NCBI GenBank assembly: GCA_964016885.1
Contig: CAXHJY010000343.1
Coordinates: 186,001 to 250,000, forward strand
Length of the DNA stretch: 64,000 nucleotides
Reading direction: 5' to 3'
Source: Eledone cirrhosa
Lineage: Eukaryota
This document shows positions 35,560-47,638 of the stretch, one piece after another. Numbering within the stretch: the first letter of the stretch is position 1; each line of letters begins with the position of its first letter. The translations under genes and the position numbers were made by a program. Under the pieces are notes generated by a model. That model was not told the DNA's origin. It saw only the letters and a list, made by a program, of their open reading frames with translations, and made no database searches.

Positions 35560-38500
35560 CCCCCACACACCACCACCATAGTCTATTTGACCAATCAAAC
35601 CTAGCATGCCATTTCCACTGCTGCTGCTACTACCTGCCTAACTAACTCTCTCCTCCTCTGGCGCATCCCAACACACCCTGCCATTACCCCACCACCACTG
35701 TTCTTCTAGCCCTCAATTTTCCCACCGTTATGGATGGATGAGCTGAGAATACATTTGAGCAACTCTGAATCAATAGATGAAATATGAATCTGCGAGCTAC
35801 CAAGCACCCACGTGAAGCGCCAACCCAGAGACCCTCCCCTACGAGTGTCGACAAATGCCCAAAACTCCGAGTTGGTACCATCAATGTAGGCTCAATGAAA
35901 GGAAGAGCAGGAGAAATCGTAGAAATGCTAGAGCGAAAGGAAGTTGATGTATGCTGTGTGCAAGAGACTAGATGGAGAGGAGGGTCTGCTAGAGTCCTTG
36001 TAGGAAAAAGCCAGTGCTACAAATTTTTCTGGGTGGGAAATGACGATGGGATGGGTGGTGTAGGTATACTATTAGCTGACAAGTGGGTAGATAAAGTAAT
36101 CTCAGTGAACAGGGTAAATGCAAGAATCATTAAACTCAGACTAGTCCTGAATAAGACAATTACCACAATAATATCAGCTTACGCACCCCAATCGGGGCTG
36201 CCAGACGAACTTAAGGATAGGTTTTACGAGTCCCTAATACACACTACTGCTCTAACAGACGACAAGGACTTCCTAATCATTGCAGGAGATTTTAACGGAC
36301 ACGTAGGTAAACACTGCGACGGCTTCAATAGAGTACATGGAGGCCATGGAGTTGGCACAAGGAATGAGGAAGGATTCAGACTTCTAGAATTCTGTGACGC
36401 CAATGACATGTCGATATGTAACACAAACTTTAAAAAACCCGACAACCACCTGATCACCTATAGATCAGGGGAGCACTCTAGTCAGTTAGATTTTATCCTC
36501 ATCAGAGGACATGACAGATGGACGGTCGTAAACACAAAAGCCTTCCCTAGTGAGGAATGTACATCCCAACATAGCTTAGTTGTCAGCGACCTCACGGTCA
36601 GAACTAGACGAGCCCTGAAACAGAGGCCAACCTGGAGAAGAAAGATCTGGAAGCTGAAAGTCCCCTCAACCAGTAACAGATTTAAAGATATTTTACTCAA
36701 CGCCTACGACAGTAAAGAAGAACAGATAGAGACATTTAACGTAGAAGAGAACTGGGAGTTCCTAAAAAATAACTTACTAGAGGCGACGGATGAGGTTTGT
36801 GGCTGGAGTAAGACCTCAAGCAGGAGGAGAGTGACTTGGTGGTGGAACAATAAGGTAGATGAAGCAGTCAAGGCCAAGAGACAGGCATGGAAAGAATGGA
36901 AGAACGGGGGGAGCAGAGTACATTACATAGAGACCAAGAGGGAAGCTAGGCGACAAGTATACTTAGCTACGAGGGAAGCAGAGGATAGAAAATTCAAGCA
37001 TGTCTTACAGCGTGAGGACCAGAAACAGGAGGTATTCAAGATTGCGAGGCAGTGTGTCAGAGATAGTTGTGATGTCATTGGAGAGAAGTGTATCCGGAAT
37101 GATAAAGGTGAGCTTGCCCTCACAAGTGCTGAGAAGAAAGATGCATGGAAGAGTCATTATGATAGATTACTAAATGAGGAGAATGCATGGGAAGAAGAGA
37201 CCCTACCCCATGTAGACCCTATAGAGGGATCAGCAGTACAAGTCAGCGGCAGCGTAGTAAGTAAGGCAATCAGAGATATGAAGATGGGGAAGGCAACCGG
37301 TCCATCGGGTATAGCTGCCGAGATGCTGAAGGCATCTGGGTCTGTAGGTCACACTATAACCACACGTATCGTTAACCAGGTAATACTAGAAGGGGCCATA
37401 CCAAAAGATTGGTGCAGTAACATCATTGTCAACTGCTACAAAGGTAAAGGCGATGCGCTAGATAGAGGAAACTATAGAGGTATAAAGTTGATGGACCAGG
37501 TCATGAAAGTAACAGAAAGAGTTATAGCACAGCTGATTAGGGACCGGGTGAATATAGACGAGATGCAATTTGGGTTTGTACCAGGGAGAGGCACCACTGA
37601 TGCCCTCTTCCTTGTGAGGCAATTACAGGAAAAGTACCTAGCTAAAAGTAAGCCACTCTACTTGGCATTTGTCGACCTTGAGAAAGCCTTTGACAGAGTT
37701 CCACGTGCAGTAATCTGGTGGGCTCTTAGAAAACTAGGAGTAGATGAATGGCTTGTGAAAGCGGTACAAGCCATGTATAGGGGAGCAGTCAGCAAAGTTA
37801 GGATTAGCAATGAGTATAGCGAGGAATTTTGCGTACAGGTTGGGGTCCACCAGGGCTCTGTTCTTAGCCCTCTCCTGTTCATCATAGTCCTGCAGGCAAT
37901 AACGGAGGAGTTTAAGACCGGATGCCCATGGGAACTCCTGTATGCTGATGACCTCGCACTCATAGCTGAATCTATGGTAGAACTAGAGAATAAATTCCAA
38001 ACCTGGAAGCAGGGACTAGAGAGAAAGGGCCTCAAAGTCAACATGACAAAGACTAAGGTCCTTATAAGTAGACGAGAAAACAGAACCCAGATCCCCTCAG
38101 GGAAATGGCCTTGCTCAGTATGTAGGAAAGGTGTAGGTAGGAACTCCATTCTCTGCCCCAAATGCAAACAATGGGTACACAAGAGATGTAGCGGGATCTC
38201 AGGAAGCTTAATTAAGAATGTAGGATTCACATGCAGCAGCTGTGCTGAAACAGCAAGCAAACAGCCACAGGAAACAAGTACCACCAATCTCTGGGAGGGC
38301 CCTGTAGAAACAGTAGACAGCTTCTGCTACCTAGGTGACCGAATTAGCAATGGAGGTGGGTGCTCAGAAAGTACAATAACTAGGGTAAGAACGGGATGGA
38401 AGAAGTTTAGGGAACTACTACCACTGCTAGCTGCAAAAGGCTTCTCCCTCAGAATGAAAGGCAGACTGTATGATGCGTGTATCCGAACAGCGATGTTGCA

Positions 38501-39205
38501 TGGTAGTGAGACCTGGGCGCTGAAGGTGGAAGACTTACGTAGATTAGAGAGAAACGAAGCCTGCATGCTCCGATGGATGTGTAACAGTAATATACGTGAA
38601 CGACAAAGCATAAAGGAATTGAGAGAGAGACTGAGCATAAGAGGAATCAAATGCTGCGTGCAGGAGAGGCGGTTACGCTGGTATGGACATGTGATGCGTA
38701 TGAAGGATGACAGCTGCATAAAAAGGTGCAGAGCACTAGAAGTTGATGGAAACCGCGGAGTGGGGAGACCCAAGATGACTTGGGATGAGGTGATAAAAGC
38801 CGACCTTACCCAACTACACCTCTCAAAGACAATGACACACGACCGTGACTTCTGGCGTCATGCAGTAATACAGGGTACCCGACCTCCCATGGGTACATGC
38901 TGAAGCATATAAACAATATGCCCCCACTCCCCCCACCGCAAGGTGGTCGTGGAGGTGCCACGGCAAAAAAGCACCCAGCCCACACTGTAAAGTGGACGTG
39001 TAGGCGCCACGAAAAAGCACCCAGCACTCACTGTAAATGAGGTTGGTGTTAGGAAGGGCATCCAGCTGTAGAAATCAAGTCAGATCAGTTCCTGTATGAG
39101 CAAGGCATGGTCAGCCGACCAGACACTGCCCACAACAGAACAACCCGTCTAACCCATGCTAGCGTGGAAGAACGGACGTAAAACGGTGATGATGATGATG
39201 ATGAT
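35560..39205 (+). mobile_element. Full-length, potentially active RTE non-LTR retrotransposon
   Basis: Single intact ORF, ~300-bp 3' UTR and (GAT)n tail ending at 39205. The 5' boundary is approximate. Confidence 0.9.
35784..38903 (+). CDS. RTE polyprotein: APE endonuclease, reverse transcriptase and inserted PHD (C4HC3) finger
   Basis: 1039 aa without disruption. Motifs [47 protein letters not shown] at 38112-38243. The endonuclease end motif reads SQH, as QH does in the 26-kb copy. Confidence 0.95.
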   Translation: MNLRATKHPREAPTQRPSPTSVDKCPKLRVGTINVGSMKGRAGEIVEMLERKEVDVCCVQETRWRGGSARVLVGKSQCYKFFWVGNDDGMGGVGILLADKWVDKVISVNRVNARIIKLRLVLNKTITTIISAYAPQSGLPDELKDRFYESLIHTTALTDDKDFLIIAGDFNGHVGKHCDGFNRVHGGHGVGTRNEEGFRLLEFCDANDMSICNTNFKKPDNHLITYRSGEHSSQLDFILIRGHDRWTVVNTKAFPSEECTSQHSLVVSDLTVRTRRALKQRPTWRRKIWKLKVPSTSNRFKDILLNAYDSKEEQIETFNVEENWEFLKNNLLEATDEVCGWSKTSSRRRVTWWWNNKVDEAVKAKRQAWKEWKNGGSRVHYIETKREARRQVYLATREAEDRKFKHVLQREDQKQEVFKIARQCVRDSCDVIGEKCIRNDKGELALTSAEKKDAWKSHYDRLLNEENAWEEETLPHVDPIEGSAVQVSGSVVSKAIRDMKMGKATGPSGIAAEMLKASGSVGHTITTRIVNQVILEGAIPKDWCSNIIVNCYKGKGDALDRGNYRGIKLMDQVMKVTERVIAQLIRDRVNIDEMQFGFVPGRGTTDALFLVRQLQEKYLAKSKPLYLAFVDLEKAFDRVPRAVIWWALRKLGVDEWLVKAVQAMYRGAVSKVRISNEYSEEFCVQVGVHQGSVLSPLLFIIVLQAITEEFKTGCPWELLYADDLALIAESMVELENKFQTWKQGLERKGLKVNMTKTKVLISRRENRTQIPSGKWPCSVCRKGVGRNSILCPKCKQWVHKRCSGISGSLIKNVGFTCSSCAETASKQPQETSTTNLWEGPVETVDSFCYLGDRISNGGGCSESTITRVRTGWKKFRELLPLLAAKGFSLRMKGRLYDACIRTAMLHGSETWALKVEDLRRLERNEACMLRWMCNSNIRERQSIKELRERLSIRGIKCCVQERRLRWYGHVMRMKDDSCIKRCRALEVDGNRGVGRPKMTWDEVIKADLTQLHLSKTMTHDRDFWRHAVIQGTRPPMGTC

Positions 39206-39368
39206 CCACAAAAGAATACATTTATCCACTACATATGCAACAAACAAAAGGGGTCCAAGAACAGATCCCTGTGGTACACCAGATGACATCTCGTACAGTG
39301 AAGAATGCTGTCCTAGAACTGTGACTACCTCTCTTCAACTGAGAGTGAAGGATTTCAACCAGTTAAAA
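39206..39368 (-). mobile_element. Small CR1/L2/Jockey-type RT fragment
   Basis: Minus strand encodes SSGVPQGSVLGPLLF. Confidence 0.7.
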
Positions 39369-41141
39369 ACTATACACTACATACAGTATATATACACTAT
39401 ATATATATTATATATACACTATGTACAGTATATATACACTATATATATTATATATACACTATATATATATTATATATACACTATATACAGTATATATACA
39501 CTATATATATATTATATATACACTATGTACCATATATATACACTATATATATTATATATACACTATATATATATTATATATACACTATATACAGTATATA
39601 TACACTATATATATATTATATATACACTATGTACACTATATATATATTATATATACACTATGTACACTATATATATATTATATATACACTATGTACAGTA
39701 TATATTATACACTATATATGATGTTGTCCAAGAGAAAGACAATGGCTGATACAGCTTGGCACCAGTAACATCTCAACATATATACACTATATATATATTA
39801 TATATACACTATGTACAGTATATATTATACACTATATATATATTATATATACACTGTGTACAGTATATATTATACACTATATATGATGTTGTCCAAGAGA
39901 AAGACAATGGCTGATACAGCTTGGCACCAGTATCACAACATATATACACTATATATATATATATTATATTTACACTGTACAGTATATATTATACACTATA
40001 TATGATGTTGTCCAAGAGAAAGGCTCTGGCTGATACAGCTTGGCACCAGTAATATCACAACTCATTTCTACAGCTGAGTAAACCGTATGAAATAAAGTGT
40101 CTTGCTCAAGGATACAACACATCACACGGTCCGAGAATGGAACTCACAACCATTCGATTGCAAGCCCAATGCTCTAACCACTAAGCCATGATACCTTCCA
40201 GAACCAACCGTGATATAGAGAGACCATAAAGACAACCGTTGTTTTCATAGTTTAAGCCTTAAAATACCTCTCATACATGCTTTAAGTACATATAAACTCA
40301 TTAATACACACTTTTGTATTTAAACACCAAAAACAGCCAGTAACGATCGTATAGAAACTACCACCAACCATCATACCACTAGTTACCAATGAGGACTATT
40401 GCCAGCCACGGTAGCCACTTGGTAATACACTGCACATCTCCCGTCAATATATGAAGGGTTTGTAGTAGATTAGAGCAAAACACAATCAGTAAAACAATAA
40501 TGGAATGAAAAATATAAACATTTGTTTATAATTAAAGCCTTAAGATGTCCCTTCCTTACGATATACACTTTAATAACATTGAAACTTATTTAATAAGTTT
40601 AAAATTGAAACACTTTTTATTCAGACGTACCGCGATAAGAAACTAGATATGTTCTAACGAATAATCCGCGATACGTTCCAAAGACATATCCGCGATGTAA
40701 CGGGACCGCGAAAAGTGAACCGCGATATAGCGGGGGATTACTGTATACACATACAACATACATCTATCTATATACACTCGTAACATTTATTTCGATATCT
40801 TACATTAAAATGTTGACTGAGGGTGTGACAACTATTTCTTGTTTGAGGTTGTTCCAGTGGTTGAAATATAGACGGAGGTAATTAAATAATAAAGACAGTC
40901 ATGATAACAATATATTTTATATCACATGTAACAGTGGAATCTGATGATTGAAAAATATCACATCAACATTTCAGTTTGGAAGTGTTTTTTCTATATATAA
41001 AAGTGGAGGAAGAAATATATTTTTCTAATGTTGTTATATATATTTTCACTTGTATATAATTACTGGGTCGTTGTAGGGTTCACATAATTATATTATTTAC
41101 ACACATTAATATAGGCATTAAGTAAATCTTTGTCAACTTAC

Positions 41142-41340
41142 CTCCTTCACATATAATCAATGTGTTGTGTTGTTAGTTGTTACTAAACAACCAAAGAAAT
41201 AATCTCTTTGTTATCAAATTAGAAGTTTCAATGTTATCAGCTTTATTTCACGACATTAACGTTGGTGTATCTTCTTCATCTTTAGTCATAAATTGATATC
41301 TTGTCAGAATGAAGTAGTGAGGCTGACTTTATGTCTTTAG
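41142..41340 (-). other. Putative 199-bp 5' non-coding exon for ZNF copy B
   Basis: Same acceptor, donor and length as the other copies. Implies a ~15.3-kb TE-filled intron to 25862. Confidence 0.5.
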
Positions 41341-41580
41341 CTACAGATTAGATAGGAAATATATATATATTAGGTTGATATGTGGTCTAAAATATATATA
41401 TTGTCTATAAATGACTGATAGCAGATATTCTGGTGAAATAGTAGTTTTACTACTACAGATTGTAATGGAACTCTTAGTAGACACAATTGTAAAGTAAGAA
41501 TAGATATGACAGTGTAAGACTGATGTCGGGGAATAAAAATTGTGTATATATATATATATTATATTAATTAATATATATAT

Positions 41581-41611
<31 letters not shown>

Positions 41612-42014
41612 TAGATTAATTAAAGTTATATTGAAGACAGCAAGTACTCGGTGTCATTGGAAATGATTTAGCTCCCTTACCGGTGTCATTAGTTAAAATT
41701 CCCTGATATAATTTAATACATTCAGACAGTTCCGATCGTATTTAATTGATGGTAAATCAGAAAGTATCACTCAGTAAAATATCAATTATATATCTACGTA
41801 GTCTCGTACCCTGCTAGAAATAGCAGTGAAATTATCCATTACAGATTCTTCTTTAAACTCTTACGTTTAGTTAAACAATCAACACAGCAAATCTTTTGTA
41901 CAGACTTCAGAATAAGCTCGAAAACCGGCAGAATATCAGTCTCCTTCTTGCTATATATATATATTTATATATATATATATATATATATACACGCACGCAC
42001 ACATAATATATATA

Positions 42015-42095
42015 CAGTGAAATTCCGTTATAACGAAATTCAGGTGGTATAAATATAATTCGTTGTAACGACAAATTCTTTATAATCGAAACAAA
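42015..42095. mobile_element. Tc1/pogo-like terminal fragment
   Basis: TA|CAGTGAAATTCCGTTATAACGA followed by TTCGTTGTAACGA repeats. Confidence 0.4.
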
Positions 42096-43599
42096 TCGTT
42101 TGTTTGTTGTTCAATTGTATTCTAGTTATGATGTTTCACATGGAACCTTATATATATAACACAGAGAAGTATAGAGTCCAAGTGAAAATATAAGACAACA
42201 TATAATCTAATAAGAAGGTTAAAGAAAAGAAGGAAAAACAAGTGAAATGAAAGAGAAAGTTGAAAGGAAAATGTAGAAAAGAATCATTGAAATAATTATT
42301 CTACAAAGTGTTCTGTCTCATTTAGAAAGTGTTTTCTATGTTGGCCAGCTAAAATCTTCCCTCACTCAATTGTATCAAGTTAATTAGTTAATTCTAACTT
42401 TCCTGTAAAAAATTACTGATTTCAACAACAACTTTTTGGCTAAAATCACTAACAATAACAAATATGTTTGTTTCGAGAGAAGGAGTGAAGACCTCTATGT
42501 GGTTACTTGACCTGTTGGAAATAGCAGCCAAATTTCTTTCAGGTCACATACATTCTTGAATTAAAAAGGGACTGTTTGGTGGGCTGCTTTAAGCCGCAGT
42601 TTAAAGACAATAGGGTACTAAACGGGGGTTAGTTCCCTAAGGAAATATATATCAGGATTGAGTGACCCAAGTTTCATTTTGACATTTTATTCGTAATCAC
42701 GTGTAACACATGTTTCGTGAATGTATTATATTTATTTCTCCTCCACTGTTTTTGATACATCTCAAAATTCTGTCTATGCAGCCGTCCCTGCCGGACGGGA
42801 TTTCCAGGGCTCCACATAAGTCAACATAAGCAACGCATACAACCACGTGCGACTACCCACCAAAAACAAGAAATCAATCACTGAAATATTGACTTAAATA
42901 GTCCTTACAAACCTAAGGTAACACAGCAAAAAGCCTACTTAGCCTTACCAGGGCGAAAGCTAGGACATTCCACAATTTATTATTCATCTGAACGTTATCT
43001 CCATAACTATGTGGTTGGTACCAGTACATCTCTCAACAAGATTTCTGCTCTGTTAACCTGGCTTCCAAACACTGAAGCATTAACACTGCAGTAACTCAAC
43101 CACTCTTACAACACGTCGGTTGTATTTACAAGCCAAAGAAAAGATAACATGAAAAAATCAATTCAAATAGAAACAAAAAGAAAGATCTATCGCCTTGCTT
43201 CTCCATATTTTTATTGAAGATTCTCATCCAACATCTGCTAACACAATAAGTTAGTTTCAGAAGCCCCAAGTTCGAGCAGTGATTCGGTAATCTTGGTAAA
43301 GTTAAACCTACATAAGTAGATATAATTCAGACTAAGGGTCAGACCTGTAGTAATTGAATGAATTTCTCCAACATTTAGCTGTTCATATTATAGATCATCT
43401 TGCCTGTGTTGAAATATGAAACCACAGAAGCATCACTATCGCAGCCTTGATCGTGGTTCAGTGACACTACATGCTCAACCCATCGGCCAACAGCTCCTAC
43501 CCAACAACCAACACAACACTCCACCTAAAGACAAGAACCTTACAGTTAGCAGCCCGACTCCCTCTCTTTTTATTTGTAATATTATGACGACGGTATGAT

Positions 43600-43745
43600 C
43601 TGAGTTCAAATCTCTCCGAGGCTAACTTTGCCTTTTATCCTTACGGGGTCGATAAAATAAAGTACCAGTAATGCACTGGTGTTGATTTAATCTACTTTCC
43701 CCTCCCCAAAAATTGTTGGTCTTATGCCTATATAAGGAACCAATA
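43600..43745 (+). mobile_element. SINE copy, same family as 2755 and 51839
   Basis: GAGTTCAAATC..GAGG..AACTTTGCCTTT.ATCCTTACGGGGTCGATAAAATAAAGTACCAG. Confidence 0.75.
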
Positions 43746-43934
43746 TTATCACGACGGTTATGTTGACAAATAAACTGTTTATTTAGATTTTCAAAAATTT
43801 ATTTTAACATTAATTTAGATCAATTACAATAATTTTCTTTCATAGACATTAAAATCAAACATAATTTAATCATACATTGTAGTTTTTAATAAGTTAATAA
43901 TTCATTGTATGTATATAAATATATAAAATATTTT

Positions 43935-45800
43935 ATGTGCATAACTGTCTATCTATATGTATACATGTATGTATAAAGATATATTTACATACATATATAC
44001 ATTTTCAGAGTTATATATATATATATATCCATATAGTTATAGATATATATACACGTGTAGAATATTTAATGGAATATTTAAGAGTATATATTTATAAATA
44101 TATGTGCGTATATATATATATATATATATATATATGTTTATATATCAATAATCTTTTAACATATATATATGTATATAAAATATATACAGGGACTCCCCAA
44201 AAATGTATGCACACTTCAACTACAGTCTATGTAAGTGTGTATATATTTTTGTGGGACATTATATATATAGATATCATTAAACGTCTCCTACATGTGTATA
44301 AATAAATATACATGTATTTTATTAACAATTTTGTGTAGAATCTGTTAAACATGGAAGAAAATGTGGAGACTAAATAAAATTAACGTGTTGGTCACATTAA
44401 CTTAATAATATAACTATATATTAATGAAATATGCCGAAATAAAATTTGTAATTGTGACAGAAATATAGATTCAGTAGTTTATTATGACCAAGATTGAATA
44501 TTTAATGGAATTAAGTGGAATTTATTAGGAAATAAAACAATAAAACAGTGAAATGTTGAGGTTAAAAGAGAGAAAAACAAAATGTCCTCTCTTTATAAAC
44601 TTTAATCTGGCTGAATTAGTAGCAGCTCGGCTAACTAAACTCAGCTCTCTCATCTTACAAGGGTTCGAATCTCACGTAGTTCACTGTAGTGTCTACAGAG
44701 TTATCTCCTACTGCTTTTATATAGTATCACTTTTTACTGTAAAGAGGGCGCTACAATAATTTACTAGTGTGAGCAGTCTGGCTTACTAACGCCAGGACTA
44801 AAGTGTTACATGGTTCCAACCGGGCTGGTTCCTTAATTTTTAAAAAGAGTTATCACCCATAGCCTTTCAGAGTTTCTTAGTTTACTCGAAAGGTGGCGTG
44901 GCGATCTGCTTTTATGAGGTGTAGTAATAGACAATAATATAAGGACGGAGGAGGGGTGAGAGAGATAGAAAGACAAAACTGTGTTAATTCTCTCTCCCCC
45001 TCTCTTCTTTTACTCTATCTACCTCTTATGTCTTCATTTCACTGTTTTATTGTCTTATTTCCTAATTCCACTTAATTCCATTAAATATTCAATCTTGGTC
45101 GAAATAAATATTTTCATCTGTGACGATCTGTACAACCAACAATAGTAGGAGTCACGTTACATGATATGTATATATACAGGGTGTCCCTAAAATATGTATA
45201 CACATTTACATAGACTATAGTTGAAGTGTGTATACACTTTTGGGGGGAGACCCTGTATATATTTTATATATACATATATATATTAAAAGATGATTGATAT
45301 ATAAATATAAACATATATATCATCATCATCATTATCATTTCAGTTTACGTCCGCTTTTCCCTGCTTACAAGGGTGGGATGGGAACTGATTCTGGCTTGAT
45401 TTCTACAGCTGGATGCCCTTCCTAACACCAACCTCATTTACAGTGAGTGCTGGGTGATTTTTTACCGTGGAATGATAAGGACCCCAGTCCCTATCATCTC
45501 ATTTCTACAGCTGAGTAAACTGGAGCAATGTGTAATAAAGTGTCTTGCTCAAGGAAACAACACATCACCTGGTCTGAGAATTGAACTCACAACCTTTTGA
45601 TTGCAAGGCCAATGCTCTAACCACTAAGCCATGTGCCTCCATATATATATATATACACTCATATGTCTGTTTATATATATATAAATATACATATATAAAG
45701 ATATATATACTCTTACTTGCATACAGCTGAAAATGTATATATGTATGTAAACACATACTTAAACATACATGTATACATATAGATGGACAGTTATACATAT
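43935..45800. repeat. Degenerate long inverted repeat around a unique ~350-bp core
   Basis: 44483-44555 mirrors 45033-45100, 44140-44260 mirrors 45180-45300, and 43938-43975 mirrors 45760-45795. Confidence 0.7.
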
Positions 45801-46414
45801 ACAATAACTTATTTCTATACATACATATACCACAAGTAAGGCATGGTGCTGCCAACTAACCAGACCTCCCTCATAATGGACCAGCTAGATCCCAAAATAC
45901 AGGCCTGCTAGCCAACATACTGTCCTAATTAGTGTAAGTTACAGCTCAGCTATCTGGACAGACTTGTCTTAAGACTACTCTTTATCCCACTACATCTTTT
46001 GTGTACTATATATATACTGTTTATATATATATATATATATACACATATAATTGTGTATTCAAACATTATCTTAGTAATGAAATAATTAATAATTTTAGTA
46101 AATTGTTCAAAATTCTTCATTAATCCTTTTGGTAGAAACCCAGCCAAAACTGGTTCTCGTTCTATGGAAATGGTTCCTATCTAAATTAAAGTCTTCCAAC
46201 GAAATTCTATATAACAACCATATGTTAAGTTACTATGTTAGTAATTAACTAACAATTGTGAGAGATAGCTCAAAATTATTCATAATTAATTGAAATACGA
46301 GGTTCATAATTATAATAAAATCTTCGAATAGGCTACGAAGCCGGTAAACCGTAAAGGTACGCAACACACACATCGCTATAGCGTTTCACCAGCCCCTTCC
46401 TTTCTCAATCATTA

Positions 46415-46835
46415 CATAGATGTGTGTGTATGTAATAATTATTTTGTATTGTGTGTCTATTTATGAATATGTATGAGTAGATGTGTAACCCATTAGATGT
46501 GTGTGTATGTAACTCAGTAGATGTGTGTGTATGTAACTCAGTAGATGTGTGTGTATGTAACTCAGTAGATGTGTGTATGTAACTTAGTAGATGTGCGTGT
46601 ATGTAACACAGTAGATGTGTGTGTATGTAACACAGTAGATGTGTGTATGTCACATAGGTGATGTGTATATAACTCAGTAGATGTGTGTGTATGTAACTCA
46701 GTAGATATGTGTGTGTAACACAGTAGAAGTGTGTGTGTATATATAACACAGTAGTTGTGTGTGTATGTAACACAGTAGATGTCTATGTAACACAGTAGAT
46801 GTGTGTGTATATAACACAGTAGATGTGTATGTAAC
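46415..46835. repeat. 22-24 bp minisatellite (GTAGATGTGTGTGTATGTAAC(T/A)CA)
   Basis: Direct tandem periodicity. Confidence 0.85.
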
Positions 46836-47299
46836 TAAAGTGTAACGTACGTTACGAATTGACGACTAAATGATTTTAACTTGTTTTTTAGCAATTGATG
46901 GTGGAAAAGGGCCGCAACACAAGGAGTCTGACACTCTTACCGGCTACATAGTCTGGGAGTCTATTTTAGCGGGACCGGCTACATAGCTTCTTCCTAAAAT
47001 CTTCCAACATAATTTTATACAAGAACCACATGTTAAGTTACTAATAAAATAATTAATAATTAAAAACTTCAGTAAATCCTTCCAATGATATCTCAGTAAT
47101 GAAATAATTAATAATTGTTATAAATACCTCAAAATTCCTCATTAATTAAACCCAAGACAGGTAAAAACTCCAGAGTCTTTCAGTCGGACATGAAACAAAT
47201 TAATTTCTAATGGAAGAAGAAAAGATTTTAAAGTCAGCCAAGGGAGATCACTCTCAGCGACTTATTGTAATTCCGGTGTATTTTATGTGGTGGAAACAG

Positions 47300-47630
47300 T
47301 GTTTAGGCGGTGATAGCACGCATTACATGAACGTATGGTTCGTGAGTTCGAATCCCAGACGGGTGGTCTGTACGTTGAGGCCTTGAACAAGACACATTAT
47401 TTCTCATTGTTTTATTTCACCCAGCTGGAAAAATAATAAGTTGTACCAGTAATTATAGTGGAAACGTTGTTACATAGAATTGTCACACTGAATCTCCCTG
47501 AGAACAATGTCAACGGTGTACGTGTCAATGAAATACTCAGATACATTATAATATAAGATGGGTTCTACATGTATTTCAAAGGGAAGCCATGTCATACGTC
47601 TCGCTGAATCTCCCTGAGAACTACGTATAT
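47300..47630 (+). mobile_element. Diverged tRNA-derived SINE abutting the satellite
   Basis: GAGTTCGAATCC B-box, CCTTGAACAAGACAC..CACCCAGCTG core, duplicated CTGAATCTCCCTGAGAAC. Confidence 0.55.
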
Positions 47631-47638
47631 ACTTGTGA

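Noticed and set aside
36224-38773. Minus-strand ORFs over the RTE (also 28382-29053, 17196-17642, 61098-61751)
   Set aside because: Antisense shadows of the RT coding frame.
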